A DNA stretch of 13,779 nt from Candidatus Thorarchaeota archaeon (GCA_003345545.1 PRDH01000052.1:1-13779), one strand, 5' to 3'; positions 1 through 8,761 are shown, counted from the first letter of the stretch. Made by a program: numbers and translations. Notes: a model not told the origin generated them from the letters alone.

Positions 1-60
1 CCTCAATCGGGTTGCTGACCGGAGAAGACATCTTGTCCCATATACATGATGAGCAAGGTT

Positions 61-969
61 TCAGTACCTCGAGGATACATATTCCAATCCTGCACAGATA
101 TCACCAGTAGCGAAACCTGAAACATCTACATCATTATCATGAATCTCGATGACTGCGACAGCATCTCGCACAAAGTCCTCGATCTTCTCTATGTTCGGTC
201 GACCATAACCGAGTGGCACTGTGATTGCAGTGATATTTCCTCTTGTTATTCGATTCCTGACATGACTATGCCCAGAGATTGAGAGAATGATTCTCATGTC
301 CTTCTCCAGGATCAATCCTGTGCTGTTTGCTCCCATGAACGCACTGTGAAAGTCCCACGGGAATTTGTCCCTATAGACAGTAAGCTCCTGAAATGGTAAG
401 TGATGGGAAACATGTACAACCTGAGTCACATGTTTGGGCAGCGTCTTCAAGTCATACTCCAGTTTTTCATTGAGCAGAGATGTTGCTTCTGCATCTGTGA
501 AGGTCCAGTCAATCTTGAAGACATCATACCAGACTGCTCCACGAAACTCTTTCTGTTCATAGTTCTCTATCGGGATGTTTAGCTCCTCTCGCCTGAAAGA
601 GTAATCATACCACCCCATGCTGCCCACAAATGCTGTATTCTCTTGAATATAGGGTGAATCAGGAAGATGAATGAATCCTTTCTCCCTGCAAATCCCTCCA
701 ATACTGTGGGAGTATTTCTCAAGAGATCCAGGCCCTCCCGCATCTTCAAACCAGATGTCGTGATTTCCTGCAACGTAGAGGTTGGTGCAGTCACTTGTAT
801 GTAGTGCTTCCAACGAATCACCTAGGACACTCAGATGGTCACTGATATCTCCTGCAATGATGAAGACATCAGGCTGTATTTCCTGTACTCTCTGTCTGAT
901 GCTCTCCAGAAGTTCGTTATCACTGCCATCTGGAAGGACATGGAGATCAGAAATAGCTGCTATCTTCAA
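61..969 (-). CDS. Calcineurin-like metallophosphoesterase
   Basis: 302-aa ORF with TTG start. Canonical metal-binding motifs appear in order: SDLH, AGDIS, GNHD, HHLP, GHSH. It also has the GWYDYSF motif seen in a putative phosphoesterase subfamily. Confidence 0.9.
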   Translation of the reverse strand: MKIAAISDLHVLPDGSDNELLESIRQRVQEIQPDVFIIAGDISDHLSVLGDSLEALHTSDCTNLYVAGNHDIWFEDAGGPGSLEKYSHSIGGICREKGFIHLPDSPYIQENTAFVGSMGWYDYSFRREELNIPIENYEQKEFRGAVWYDVFKIDWTFTDAEATSLLNEKLEYDLKTLPKHVTQVVHVSHHLPFQELTVYRDKFPWDFHSAFMGANSTGLILEKDMRIILSISGHSHVRNRITRGNITAITVPLGYGRPNIEKIEDFVRDAVAVIEIHDNDVDVSGFATGDICAGLEYVSSRY

Positions 970-1106
970 GTTATATCCCGCGCAATTCGTTGTCTATGAG
1001 GGGACTCTCACGCATTTTAAAGAATTAGCTCTGACTGCTGTACCCAATTATCTATATTGTATAATGGTGGGTCGAGATATCATATTAACTCAAGAATGGG
1101 ATAGTA

Positions 1107-2756
1107 ATGGCTTACCGTATTGCTGCAATTGCACCTACTGATGTTGATCTCTCACGCGTAAAGACTGTGACAGATCAAGCTCAGATTACAGATACATATG
1201 CATTGTATCTAGATGATGAGAGTCATTCTTTCGACGGCGCCGCCGATAAGATAGTCTTCCCAACCAATGAGGCGGAACTCGCATTGCTGATGAAGAATGC
1301 CTATGATTCTGGTACACCTGTGACCATTCAAGGGGGAAGGACAGGTCTCACAGGTGCAGCTGTTCCTCTGGGCGGAATTGCTCTCAATCTCGAGAAGATG
1401 AACCGACTTCTCTATATGAATTACTCAGAGAGTAGTGATCTATACTCAATTGGGGCTGAAGCCGGTGTGACATTGGAAGACCTTGCCCGAGCGGTTTCTA
1501 CCAAGAGCCTCAGTGCACTGGAAGGAGTTGGCACCCCTGAAAAACAGGCAGCTCTCGCTCGATTCATGCGTGAGTCTGCTGACTTCACCTTTCCTGTAGA
1601 CCCCACTGAGATGAGCGCTTGGCTTGGCGGCATCGTTGCATGTAACGCATCAGGTGCTAGGACATTCAAGTATGGCGCGGTCAGGAACTGGGTCATGAGG
1701 ATTCGGGTTGTTCTGTCGAATGGTGATATTCTTGACATCCGTCGGGGTGAGGTTCAGGCAAGAAAGGGCAAGTTCGTCATAGCTCATAGTGATGGCAGTG
1801 AGGTTAAAGTCACAGTTCCATCCTACAGAATGCCTAACACTAAGAACGCTGCTGGATTATTTGCAGAGCCAAATATGGACCTCATTGACCTCTTTGTCGG
1901 GTCCGAGGGTATCCTCGGAGTGATAACTGAGGTTGAGCTAGGACTCACCAAGATGCCAGAGAACATAATGACCGTGATGGCTTTCTTTCCAAGTGAAGAT
2001 GATGCTGTCAATTTCGTATATGACGCTCGTGCTCCAGAAGCAACCATAAGAATGGATTTTCTCGAGTATTTTGATCCAAACGCAATCAAGATGATAAAGG
2101 AGAAAGCAAGTTCTGCTGGGATCAAGGTCCCAGCCATGGGCGCTGATACACAGGCGATTGTCTTCTTTGAGTTCTCTTACAACGAAGCTCAAATGGAAGA
2201 GATGATTATGGCACTTGAGGAGATGCTCAACAAACACAATTCTTCCTCAGAGTCCAGTTGGGCAGGTCTTGATCGGTCGGAACTGGAAAAGATGAAAGCT
2301 GTTCGTCACTTTGTTCCAGAAACTATCAACGCACTCATTGCCCAGCGTAAGGCCGAGTACCATGAGGTTCACAAGATTGGTACAGACATGGCAGTACCTG
2401 ATGAGGCTCTGCGAGACTACTTGAAGTTCTATCGCACGACCTTAGAGAAACAGGGCATGGACTTCGTTGTGTTCGGTCACATCGGGAATAACCATCTACA
2501 TGTGAATATGATTCCTCGCAATAACGAAGAGGTTGAGCAAGGTATGAACAACTACATGCTCTTTGCCAAGAGAGCTGTAGAGCTTGGAGGCACTGTGGCT
2601 GCCGAACACGGAATTGGCAAACTCAAACGTGCTTTCCTTGAAGTCATGTACGGCAAGCAAGGTATCTCTGAGATGCAGGCTGTGAAGAGGGCTCTTGATC
2701 CAAAGTGGATTCTCAACAGAGGCAATATGATTCCTACGCCTGCAGAGATGGAATGA
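1107..2756 (+). CDS. FAD-binding oxidoreductase, GlcD / D-lactate (D-2-hydroxyacid) dehydrogenase family
   Basis: 549 aa. FAD_binding_4 motifs GGRTGLTGAAVP, FPVDP, GGIVACNASGARTFKYG, DLFVGSEGILGVITE. C-terminal GHIGNNHLHVN, AEHGIGKLK, DPKWILNRG carry the His/His/Glu metal ligands of D-2-hydroxyacid dehydrogenases. Confidence 0.9.
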   Translation: MAYRIAAIAPTDVDLSRVKTVTDQAQITDTYALYLDDESHSFDGAADKIVFPTNEAELALLMKNAYDSGTPVTIQGGRTGLTGAAVPLGGIALNLEKMNRLLYMNYSESSDLYSIGAEAGVTLEDLARAVSTKSLSALEGVGTPEKQAALARFMRESADFTFPVDPTEMSAWLGGIVACNASGARTFKYGAVRNWVMRIRVVLSNGDILDIRRGEVQARKGKFVIAHSDGSEVKVTVPSYRMPNTKNAAGLFAEPNMDLIDLFVGSEGILGVITEVELGLTKMPENIMTVMAFFPSEDDAVNFVYDARAPEATIRMDFLEYFDPNAIKMIKEKASSAGIKVPAMGADTQAIVFFEFSYNEAQMEEMIMALEEMLNKHNSSSESSWAGLDRSELEKMKAVRHFVPETINALIAQRKAEYHEVHKIGTDMAVPDEALRDYLKFYRTTLEKQGMDFVVFGHIGNNHLHVNMIPRNNEEVEQGMNNYMLFAKRAVELGGTVAAEHGIGKLKRAFLEVMYGKQGISEMQAVKRALDPKWILNRGNMIPTPAEME

Positions 2757-2757
2757 A

Positions 2758-3042
2758 TCACTCTACAAAGTGGTCATGTGCAATGGCCTCTGCCTGTTTC
2801 ATCTTCTCATACAAATCGGGTTCTTCTTCACGCAATCTCCGTATATTGCGAACTCCTAGTTTGTCCCAGTAATCTCTCGCTGCCTCATCAAATGATAGTG
2901 CTTTCTCATTATGACACTTGACCATGCTCTCTTGTATCCCTATGACCAGCCCGTCAAGTGTACTTTTTCTGATTTTGACTCTAGCCCAGAAATCACACAT
3001 CTTGCCTCTGCAAGGTCCTTTGACCATCACACAGAAGGCCAT
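2758..3042 (-). CDS. Small hypothetical protein with N-terminal Cys cluster (C-x6-C-x4-C-x-F-W)
   Basis: 94-aa ATG ORF filling the gap between the hydrogenase large subunit and the convergent oxidoreductase (stop codons 1 nt apart). Composition is protein-like, with a helical charged C-terminus. Confidence 0.7.
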   Translation of the reverse strand: MAFCVMVKGPCRGKMCDFWARVKIRKSTLDGLVIGIQESMVKCHNEKALSFDEAARDYWDKLGVRNIRRLREEEPDLYEKMKQAEAIAHDHFVE

Positions 3043-3114
3043 ACAAATTCCACTCTTGTTTTCACTTCAGCCTATGTTTTAGTGATTGTGAATGTCTATG
3101 GCACGAAGTCAAGG

Positions 3115-4425
3115 CTACTTGAATTCAACTTCTACGAGATGAGCACTACAGCTGATGCACGGGTCATAGGAACGAGCAATCTTCTCGAACTCCAGTTCGA
3201 TGTTCTCCTTCTGTTTCCTTGCAAGCATGGTCTGCCCGCCAGTACGTATGAACTCTTCAAGGTCATCCAGGAACATGGCTGTGGGTGTAATGAAGTCAGC
3301 TGCAGTTGTTTTTCCATCCTTGATCTTGTAGTGATGGATGAGTGTCCCTCGGGGTGCCTCCACCGCACCTGTGCCGGCACCAGTTTCTTGGGTTGGCAGT
3401 GCAACCTTTGGAGGTTCACTCGCTAGGAGCTTGTCGACAACCTCTATGACACCCTCGAGCGAGAACACTTGCTCAATTGCCTGAGCAAAGTTGTTGTATA
3501 TAGGATTTCGATGCCAACGTTCGTTGTATAGCTTGTCGTATGCTTTCTTGGCTTCTCCCTTGAAACGTTCGCCCAAGAGGAGCACTCTTGCGATGGCACC
3601 CACGGTGAAAGGTTTGCCATTATAGGCACTTCGTTTTGCAAAGCTGTGCCCAACGACGTGTTCCTTGATGACACTCTTGTAGTCCTCAGCGGGATGCTCT
3701 TTGCCGTCGGATGTGAGGAATGAATCACCGTAGTAGTCATATCCGTCATGCAGTGGTTTGCAGCAGAGGAATTGGGTTTCCCTCTCCATATGGTCAGGGA
3801 CATCAAGTGTTGCAAGTAGGTCAATAGTCTCAATGGCAAAGGGCAATAGCTCTAGGGCCTCTTCCTTCAGTTGTATGAGTTCCTCCCTGCTGGGCAACCT
3901 ACCAAAGCCACCTAGGATTGGGTTTTCGCCATGAATCATCCTGCCTCCCATCAGGCGCATAATCTTGTTCCCGAACTTCTTCAGCTTCAGGGCTTTCACA
4001 ACAGTTTCGCCGTGTTTCTCTGCCATGGCAACGGCATTATTGTATCCTAGGAAATCAGGAAGCGCGAGGAAGTAAATGTGCAGACTGTGACTCTCAAGGA
4101 ACTCTCCATGGTGCATCAGATGTCGATATTCCTGTGTTGCCTGAGGTACCTTGACACCCAATGCCTTTTCGAGGCCTCTGAGTGCCGCGTACTTATGGGA
4201 GAGGTTACAGATGGCACATATCCTGGGGACGATACTCAAGTCCTCCTCTGGAGTCTTGCCAACAACTAGAGTTTCAAAGAGTCTAGGCCCTTCAAGTATT
4301 CGGACCTCGACCTTGCTGATTTTATTGTCCTGTATCTCTACCTTGATTCCTCCGTGGCCTTCAACTCTAGCTAATGGTTCAATCGAAATATCTTGTTTAC
4401 CTGGCATCTCTTCTTCCTCCATCAT
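3115..4425 (-). CDS. hydA: Group 3b [NiFe]-hydrogenase (sulfhydrogenase) large/alpha subunit
   Basis: ARVEGHG, EGPRLFE, L1 motif PRICAICNLSH, EAPRG, L2 motif YDPCISCSAH followed by a 7-aa C-terminal extension. The ATG at 4425 overlaps the delta stop (TGATG). An alternative ATG at 4407 has GGAGG 8 nt upstream. Confidence 0.96.
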   Translation of the reverse strand: MMEEEEMPGKQDISIEPLARVEGHGGIKVEIQDNKISKVEVRILEGPRLFETLVVGKTPEEDLSIVPRICAICNLSHKYAALRGLEKALGVKVPQATQEYRHLMHHGEFLESHSLHIYFLALPDFLGYNNAVAMAEKHGETVVKALKLKKFGNKIMRLMGGRMIHGENPILGGFGRLPSREELIQLKEEALELLPFAIETIDLLATLDVPDHMERETQFLCCKPLHDGYDYYGDSFLTSDGKEHPAEDYKSVIKEHVVGHSFAKRSAYNGKPFTVGAIARVLLLGERFKGEAKKAYDKLYNERWHRNPIYNNFAQAIEQVFSLEGVIEVVDKLLASEPPKVALPTQETGAGTGAVEAPRGTLIHHYKIKDGKTTAADFITPTAMFLDDLEEFIRTGGQTMLARKQKENIELEFEKIARSYDPCISCSAHLVEVEFK

Positions 4426-5210
4426 CAGATTTTCTCGATGTACTTGAGAATCTTGTGTCCTCCATAGTTGCGGATACGTCGAATGATATCCTTCTTTGTC
4501 ATTCCAAAGCTCTCCAAGAGCTTCACATGTTCGGTGAAGTTAGCATCATCACTTGGACCCCAACAGCCCACGCAGGGAAGATTGTGGTTTGGACATGCCG
4601 ATCCGCATCCGCCTAAGGTCAGAGGGCCCAGGCAGAATCGCTTGTCTATCAATAGGCATCGGTTTTCGTTAAGTTTACACTCATGGCATACGGGGTGTGG
4701 GTATGGCTCAGGGATTGCACCGTGAACCAATCTTGAAATGAGCGGGAATGCCTGCTTGGCATCTATTGAACAGCCGGGCAGGTAGTAATCCACTGTCACA
4801 TATGCATCAAGAGGCTTTGCTTCGAGTGGCTCACTAACGAACTGGGCGTTTCCATAGACCTGCTCAAGACGTTTCTCGTACTTAGTATCTCCTGCATACA
4901 TTGCCTGAGGTCCGCCGTTGACAGCGCAGTTGCCTATTGCAACAAGGATCTTTGCCCGCTTTCTGATATCCAGAAGGTGTTCCTTCTCCTCCTCCGTGCT
5001 AATACTCCCTTCCACAAATGCAACATCGAGCGCTTCTTCAATTGGTTTGCTTGATGCCATCACAAATGAATGGATGTTCACTGCTCTGAAGAGGTTCAAG
5101 AGCTCGTCCTCAGTGTGTATAAGCAAGAGCTGGTCTCCTGCGCATCCGGTAAATCCATACACTCCCACTCTCGGTTTCGGACCAACGAGGGCCTTTTGCT
5201 TCCAAGCCAT
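4425..5210 (-). CDS. hydD: Group 3b [NiFe]-hydrogenase small/delta subunit
   Basis: 261 aa. GFTGCAGDQL, VEGSI, IGNCAVNGG, LPGCS, then VCHECK...CLL...CLGPLTLGGCGSACP...PCVGCWG (Fe-S cysteines of group 3 small subunits). Lies between gamma and alpha. Confidence 0.95.
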   Translation of the reverse strand: MAWKQKALVGPKPRVGVYGFTGCAGDQLLLIHTEDELLNLFRAVNIHSFVMASSKPIEEALDVAFVEGSISTEEEKEHLLDIRKRAKILVAIGNCAVNGGPQAMYAGDTKYEKRLEQVYGNAQFVSEPLEAKPLDAYVTVDYYLPGCSIDAKQAFPLISRLVHGAIPEPYPHPVCHECKLNENRCLLIDKRFCLGPLTLGGCGSACPNHNLPCVGCWGPSDDANFTEHVKLLESFGMTKKDIIRRIRNYGGHKILKYIEKI

Positions 5211-5211
5211 C

Positions 5212-6066
5212 TTAGATCAACTCCCTGAAGTGCAATGTGTCCCAGTACGTGAACACGGGTCCATCGATACAAGTGTACAGGTTTTCAAGTACGCAGTGTC
5301 CACACTTTCCAATCCCACACTTCATACGTCGTTCTAAAGTCATCTGAATCTGGTTCTTTGGTATCTTGAGCTTTAGCAGTTCTTGAATCACGAACTTGTA
5401 CATCACTGGCGGACCACAGATGACAGCATTGGTCTTCAGAGGGTCAAGTTCTGGCAGGTCCTTGAAGAGTGCAGTGACCATCCCAGTGTGATGAGCCCAG
5501 TCCTTTTCGTCACCGACCTTCTCGACTGCATATAGACATTCGATGTCTCGTCTCTTGGCTAGCTGCAAGAATTCCTCTTTGAAAAGCATCATATCCGGTG
5601 ACCTCGCGCCATACAGGAAGAAGAAGCGATCGAAATCATCACGATTGTCCAACACATAGTATAGGATTGAGCGCAGAGGCATCACACCTAGTCCACCTGC
5701 GACCATGACGATGTCTTTGTGTTTCATCTGGTCTATCTTGAAACAATTCCCGTAGGGCCCTCTCATGAAAATTACGTCGTTGTCTACTTTCTGATACAGT
5801 GCTTCAGTGACTTTGCCAACCTTGCGTATGCCTAATTCGAGAATGCCTGGACGGCTTGGCGTTGATGCGATACAGAACGGTGCTTCGCCGACGCCTGGTA
5901 ATGACAGCATAATGAACTGCCCTGGCATGTATTGAAAAGACATAGCTCTCTGCATGTCTATGTGCCTAATCTGGAAGAATCTGTGGTCCTTGATTAGGTC
6001 ACGCTGATGGACGATTCTTACAGGTTCGGGTATGAATGGATTTTGATACGTTTCAGAAGCGGTCAT
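5212..6066 (-). CDS. hydG: Group 3b hydrogenase gamma subunit (FAD/NAD(P)-binding, [2Fe-2S])
   Basis: 284 aa. PGQFIML, GEAPF, RGPYGN, VAGGLG, LYGARS, CGPPVM, and MKCGIGKCGHC...C.DGPVF. Start overlaps the beta stop (ATGA, 6063-6066). Confidence 0.95.
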   Translation of the reverse strand: MTASETYQNPFIPEPVRIVHQRDLIKDHRFFQIRHIDMQRAMSFQYMPGQFIMLSLPGVGEAPFCIASTPSRPGILELGIRKVGKVTEALYQKVDNDVIFMRGPYGNCFKIDQMKHKDIVMVAGGLGVMPLRSILYYVLDNRDDFDRFFFLYGARSPDMMLFKEEFLQLAKRRDIECLYAVEKVGDEKDWAHHTGMVTALFKDLPELDPLKTNAVICGPPVMYKFVIQELLKLKIPKNQIQMTLERRMKCGIGKCGHCVLENLYTCIDGPVFTYWDTLHFRELI

Positions 6067-7094
6067 TGCTTCGGCACCTCCCTGGTTGTCAAAGCAGTCG
6101 ACACAGTGATGACATTTATATCAACAGGACATGTTTCCACACACCGTCCGCAGCCAACGCAGCCAGGACGGCCGTATTCATGTCCGAATGACTTGAGTTT
6201 ATGAGTATACCATAGTTTTAATCGGTCTTGTCGAGTTCCACGGAAGTTGTGGCCTCCAGCGACCAAGCTGTAGTCCACGAACATACAGCTGTCCCACATT
6301 CGGTTTCGCTTGCCCTTTGCCTCGTTGGTGACATCAAACACATCGGTGACAGTATAGCAATTGCATGTTGGGCAGACCATCGTGCATTGCCCGCACGATA
6401 AGCATTTGCCCGCGAAGTAGTTCCAAATCTCGCTGTTGTAGCTCAGTTCCATGAGGTCTGGCATGTTATTGAAATCGATTTTCTGTTCGAATTTCGCGTT
6501 TCGTTTCTCTCGCCACTCAACATACCTATCAATGTCTTCGTGGCTCACATTCTCTTCAAAGAACTCCTCCCGTTCGCGTATCATGTCATAGCCTCGACTT
6601 GAGCCTACCCAAACAAGGTAGAACTCCTCCAAGTTGACGAAGAAAAGGTCAAAGCCCTCCTCAATCATGTCCGTATCAGTACTCTTGCACAAAGAGGACT
6701 TACTTGGCATGCATGAGAAACCAATGATAGAAGAATTCTCTCTAAGTCCTGTGTAGTAGGGATCTGCTGGTTTTCCCATGAAAATTTCATCCAGTCTGAG
6801 CAGCCCATGTATGTCGCATGGATGGACTCCGATGATGACTCTTCTCTCGATGACCGAGTAGTCCGGACTAAAGCCTCTCTCATCGAACTGAAGCATCGTG
6901 AACTTCATGGGATGAAACAGCTTCTTCAGTGGAATCATTGGGACCTCATCGGAAATCTCTAGGTCTGAGATCTTCTCCAGCTTTTCAAACCTGAGCACTC
7001 CGTTTCTTCTAACCGGCCCATAAAGAGAACCAAACTTCTCAAGGCTCTCAAGGAACACATCCAAGAATTTTGACTGCATCTTCATTATGCGCAT
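6063..7094 (-). CDS. hydB: Group 3b hydrogenase beta subunit (AsrA-like 4Fe-4S ferredoxin)
   Basis: GVHPCDI, DPYY, CLSCGQCTMVCPTCNC, WDSC, AGGHNFR, CVGCGRCVETCP. ATG at 7094 (MRIMKM, like Thermococcales MRYVKL) is preferred over GTG 7103 because AGGTG lies just upstream as an SD. Confidence 0.94.
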   Translation of the reverse strand: MRIMKMQSKFLDVFLESLEKFGSLYGPVRRNGVLRFEKLEKISDLEISDEVPMIPLKKLFHPMKFTMLQFDERGFSPDYSVIERRVIIGVHPCDIHGLLRLDEIFMGKPADPYYTGLRENSSIIGFSCMPSKSSLCKSTDTDMIEEGFDLFFVNLEEFYLVWVGSSRGYDMIREREEFFEENVSHEDIDRYVEWREKRNAKFEQKIDFNNMPDLMELSYNSEIWNYFAGKCLSCGQCTMVCPTCNCYTVTDVFDVTNEAKGKRNRMWDSCMFVDYSLVAGGHNFRGTRQDRLKLWYTHKLKSFGHEYGRPGCVGCGRCVETCPVDINVITVSTALTTREVPKQ

Positions 7095-7150
7095 GTGCGG
7101 CACCTTGCCCAGCGTAGACCTGTGTATTGGCCCGTTGCGAATGCTACTGA

Positions 7151-7166
7151 GTTAAGACTTTTTCCC
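7151..7166 (-). promoter_or_regulatory. Candidate archaeal BRE/TATA promoter for the hydrogenase operon
   Basis: Minus strand reads GGGAAAAAGTCTTAAC, a purine run followed by a TATA-like TCTTAA, about 57 nt upstream of the beta ATG. Motif match only. Confidence 0.35.
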
Positions 7167-7229
7167 TAAACACGCATATTTATCTGATGTGATAGTGAGG
7201 TGGCGAAGAAAACCCGAAGTCAGTTTCTA

Positions 7230-7412
7230 CTATCCTCTCGAGAATCCTGCCATGCTGCAGATTAGAGCACAGTTCACAATATTCTCCTTCTTCATCTCTT
7301 CACAACTTTCGTTCGAGTAGTTTCCACGACATAGCAGAATACTAGCTATCCAATTACCATGCTCATTGCAGCGCTGAAGGGGGTATCCACGAACCTTGAT
7401 GGTAGGTGACAA
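7230..7412 (-). CDS. Putative 60-aa Cys-rich small protein
   Basis: TTG start immediately preceded by GGTGAT. Contains 5 Cys and 1 His in 60 aa. Occupies an otherwise empty ~430-nt gap and is co-oriented with the hydrogenase operon. No family recognised. Confidence 0.4.
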   Translation of the reverse strand: MSPTIKVRGYPLQRCNEHGNWIASILLCRGNYSNESCEEMKKENIVNCALICSMAGFSRG

Positions 7413-7534
7413 ATCACCGTGCCGCTATCGCTCCAATCATGAGAACAACTCTCTGATTGTCTATTGCCGATGCGTTCCTTATTGAATCGACCAGCTTATT
7501 ACAATCCCTTACGATGCTACACCTTGACTAGGCA

Positions 7535-8062
7535 ATGCCATTTACGCCATATCATTTTGGATTTGGATTCTTTCTAGGCATTATTTTCTTTCCCTTCATT
7601 GATTTTACAGTGGTCATGATTGCTAGCGTTGTTTTGGACCTTGAACCATTGACCATAATCATTCTGGACCTGCCGCTCCCCCTTCACGGGTTCTTTCACA
7701 CATACCTTGGCGCGACTATTATCAGTCTGCTATTGACAGTCTGCATTTGGCCCCTGCGACGATATTTGAGCAGGATAGCATCTATTCTTCGTCTGCATCA
7801 ACAATCATCGTTTCGTCATATTCTGCCGGCCAGCCTGATAGGCACATATTCTCATGTGTTTCTTGACTCTATCCTCTATGCTGAAATGAATCCGCTCTAT
7901 CCATTATTGGGAAATCCATTCCTGAATCTAGTCTGGAGTATCTCGATCTACGATTTCTGCGTTGTATTCGGACTTCTAGGATTTGTATTGTATATAGTCC
8001 GTTTCTATCGCTCCCTCTCCTCCCCTACAGAAAAAGAAACTCAAACCAGTCCATTTGATTAA
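7535..8062 (+). CDS. Membrane-bound metal-dependent hydrolase (YdjM-like / DUF4184-like)
   Basis: 175 aa with several hydrophobic segments. Motifs MPFTPYH, DLEP, HGFFHT, SHVFLD...NPLYP. Confidence 0.8.
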   Translation: MPFTPYHFGFGFFLGIIFFPFIDFTVVMIASVVLDLEPLTIIILDLPLPLHGFFHTYLGATIISLLLTVCIWPLRRYLSRIASILRLHQQSSFRHILPASLIGTYSHVFLDSILYAEMNPLYPLLGNPFLNLVWSISIYDFCVVFGLLGFVLYIVRFYRSLSSPTEKETQTSPFD

Positions 8063-8195
8063 CGCGCTTGGCAGAGGGGTTTCGTTTCCGCTTACAGACA
8101 GACTGCCTTTGAGTTGATGTTTCTTATGCAAATCTTTTGATGGCTCAAGAAGCAATCAGGACCAAGATGGTCTGCGTCTTTTCATTTCCTCTTTC

Positions 8196-8211
8196 CACTA
8201 ATTGATTAGTG
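8196..8211. promoter_or_regulatory. Palindromic candidate operator upstream of msrA
   Basis: CACTAAT-tg-ATTAGTG is a perfect 7-2-7 inverted repeat 20-35 nt before the msrA ATG. Confidence 0.45.
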
Positions 8212-8230
8212 TTTCCGCAACAGAATTCAT

Positions 8231-8761
8231 ATGGCATACGCCACATTCGGAACTGGCTGCTTCTGGTGTACTGAGGCTGTATTCCAACAGCTGAAAGGTG
8301 TGACCAATGTCGTATCGGGTTATTCAGGTGGTCACGTGGAGAATCCGTCCTACGAACAAGTTTCAACAGGAAAGACTGGTCATGCAGAGGTCTGCCAGAT
8401 CGAGTTCGATCCTGACAAGATATCCTTTGAAGAGCTTCTTGAGGTCTTCTTCAGGACCCACGACCCCACAACACTAAACCGCCAAGGCAATGATATTGGC
8501 ACTCAATATCGGTCAGTCATCTTCTATCACAGTGAAGAGCAGAGGGAAATTGCTGAGCGAGTAAAACATGATCTTGAAACTGGCAAGACATTCAAGGACC
8601 CCATTGTGACTGAAATCGCTGCGTTCAGCAGATTCTACCCTGCTGAGAGCTATCACCGGAACTACTTCAGAAACAATCCCAATCTGGCATACTGCAGGTA
8701 CGTCATTGCACCAAAAGTGCAGAAGTTCGAGAAAGTCTTCAAGTTGAAGCTTGAAAGATAG
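8231..8761 (+). CDS. msrA: Peptide-methionine (S)-S-oxide reductase MsrA
   Basis: GCFWCTE catalytic motif, GYSGG, PSYEQVSTGKTGHAE, HDPTTLNRQGNDIGTQYRS, FYPAESYH, and C-terminal YC. Confidence 0.97.
   Translation: MAYATFGTGCFWCTEAVFQQLKGVTNVVSGYSGGHVENPSYEQVSTGKTGHAEVCQIEFDPDKISFEELLEVFFRTHDPTTLNRQGNDIGTQYRSVIFYHSEEQREIAERVKHDLETGKTFKDPIVTEIAAFSRFYPAESYHRNYFRNNPNLAYCRYVIAPKVQKFEKVFKLKLER

Noticed and set aside
1-31. Possible start of a downstream minus-strand gene (MSSPVSNPIE...)
   Set aside because: Only 10 codons are visible at the window edge, which is not enough to support a call.
400-6883. Numerous short alternative-frame and antisense ORFs inside the phosphoesterase, oxidoreductase and hydrogenase genes
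   Set aside because: They overlap genes with clear family motifs and show no recognisable motifs themselves.
3115-8761. Selenocysteine recoding in the hydrogenase subunits or MsrA
   Set aside because: All catalytic positions are ordinary Cys codons (DPCISC, RICAIC, GCFWC), there is no in-frame TGA, and no convincing SECIS was seen.
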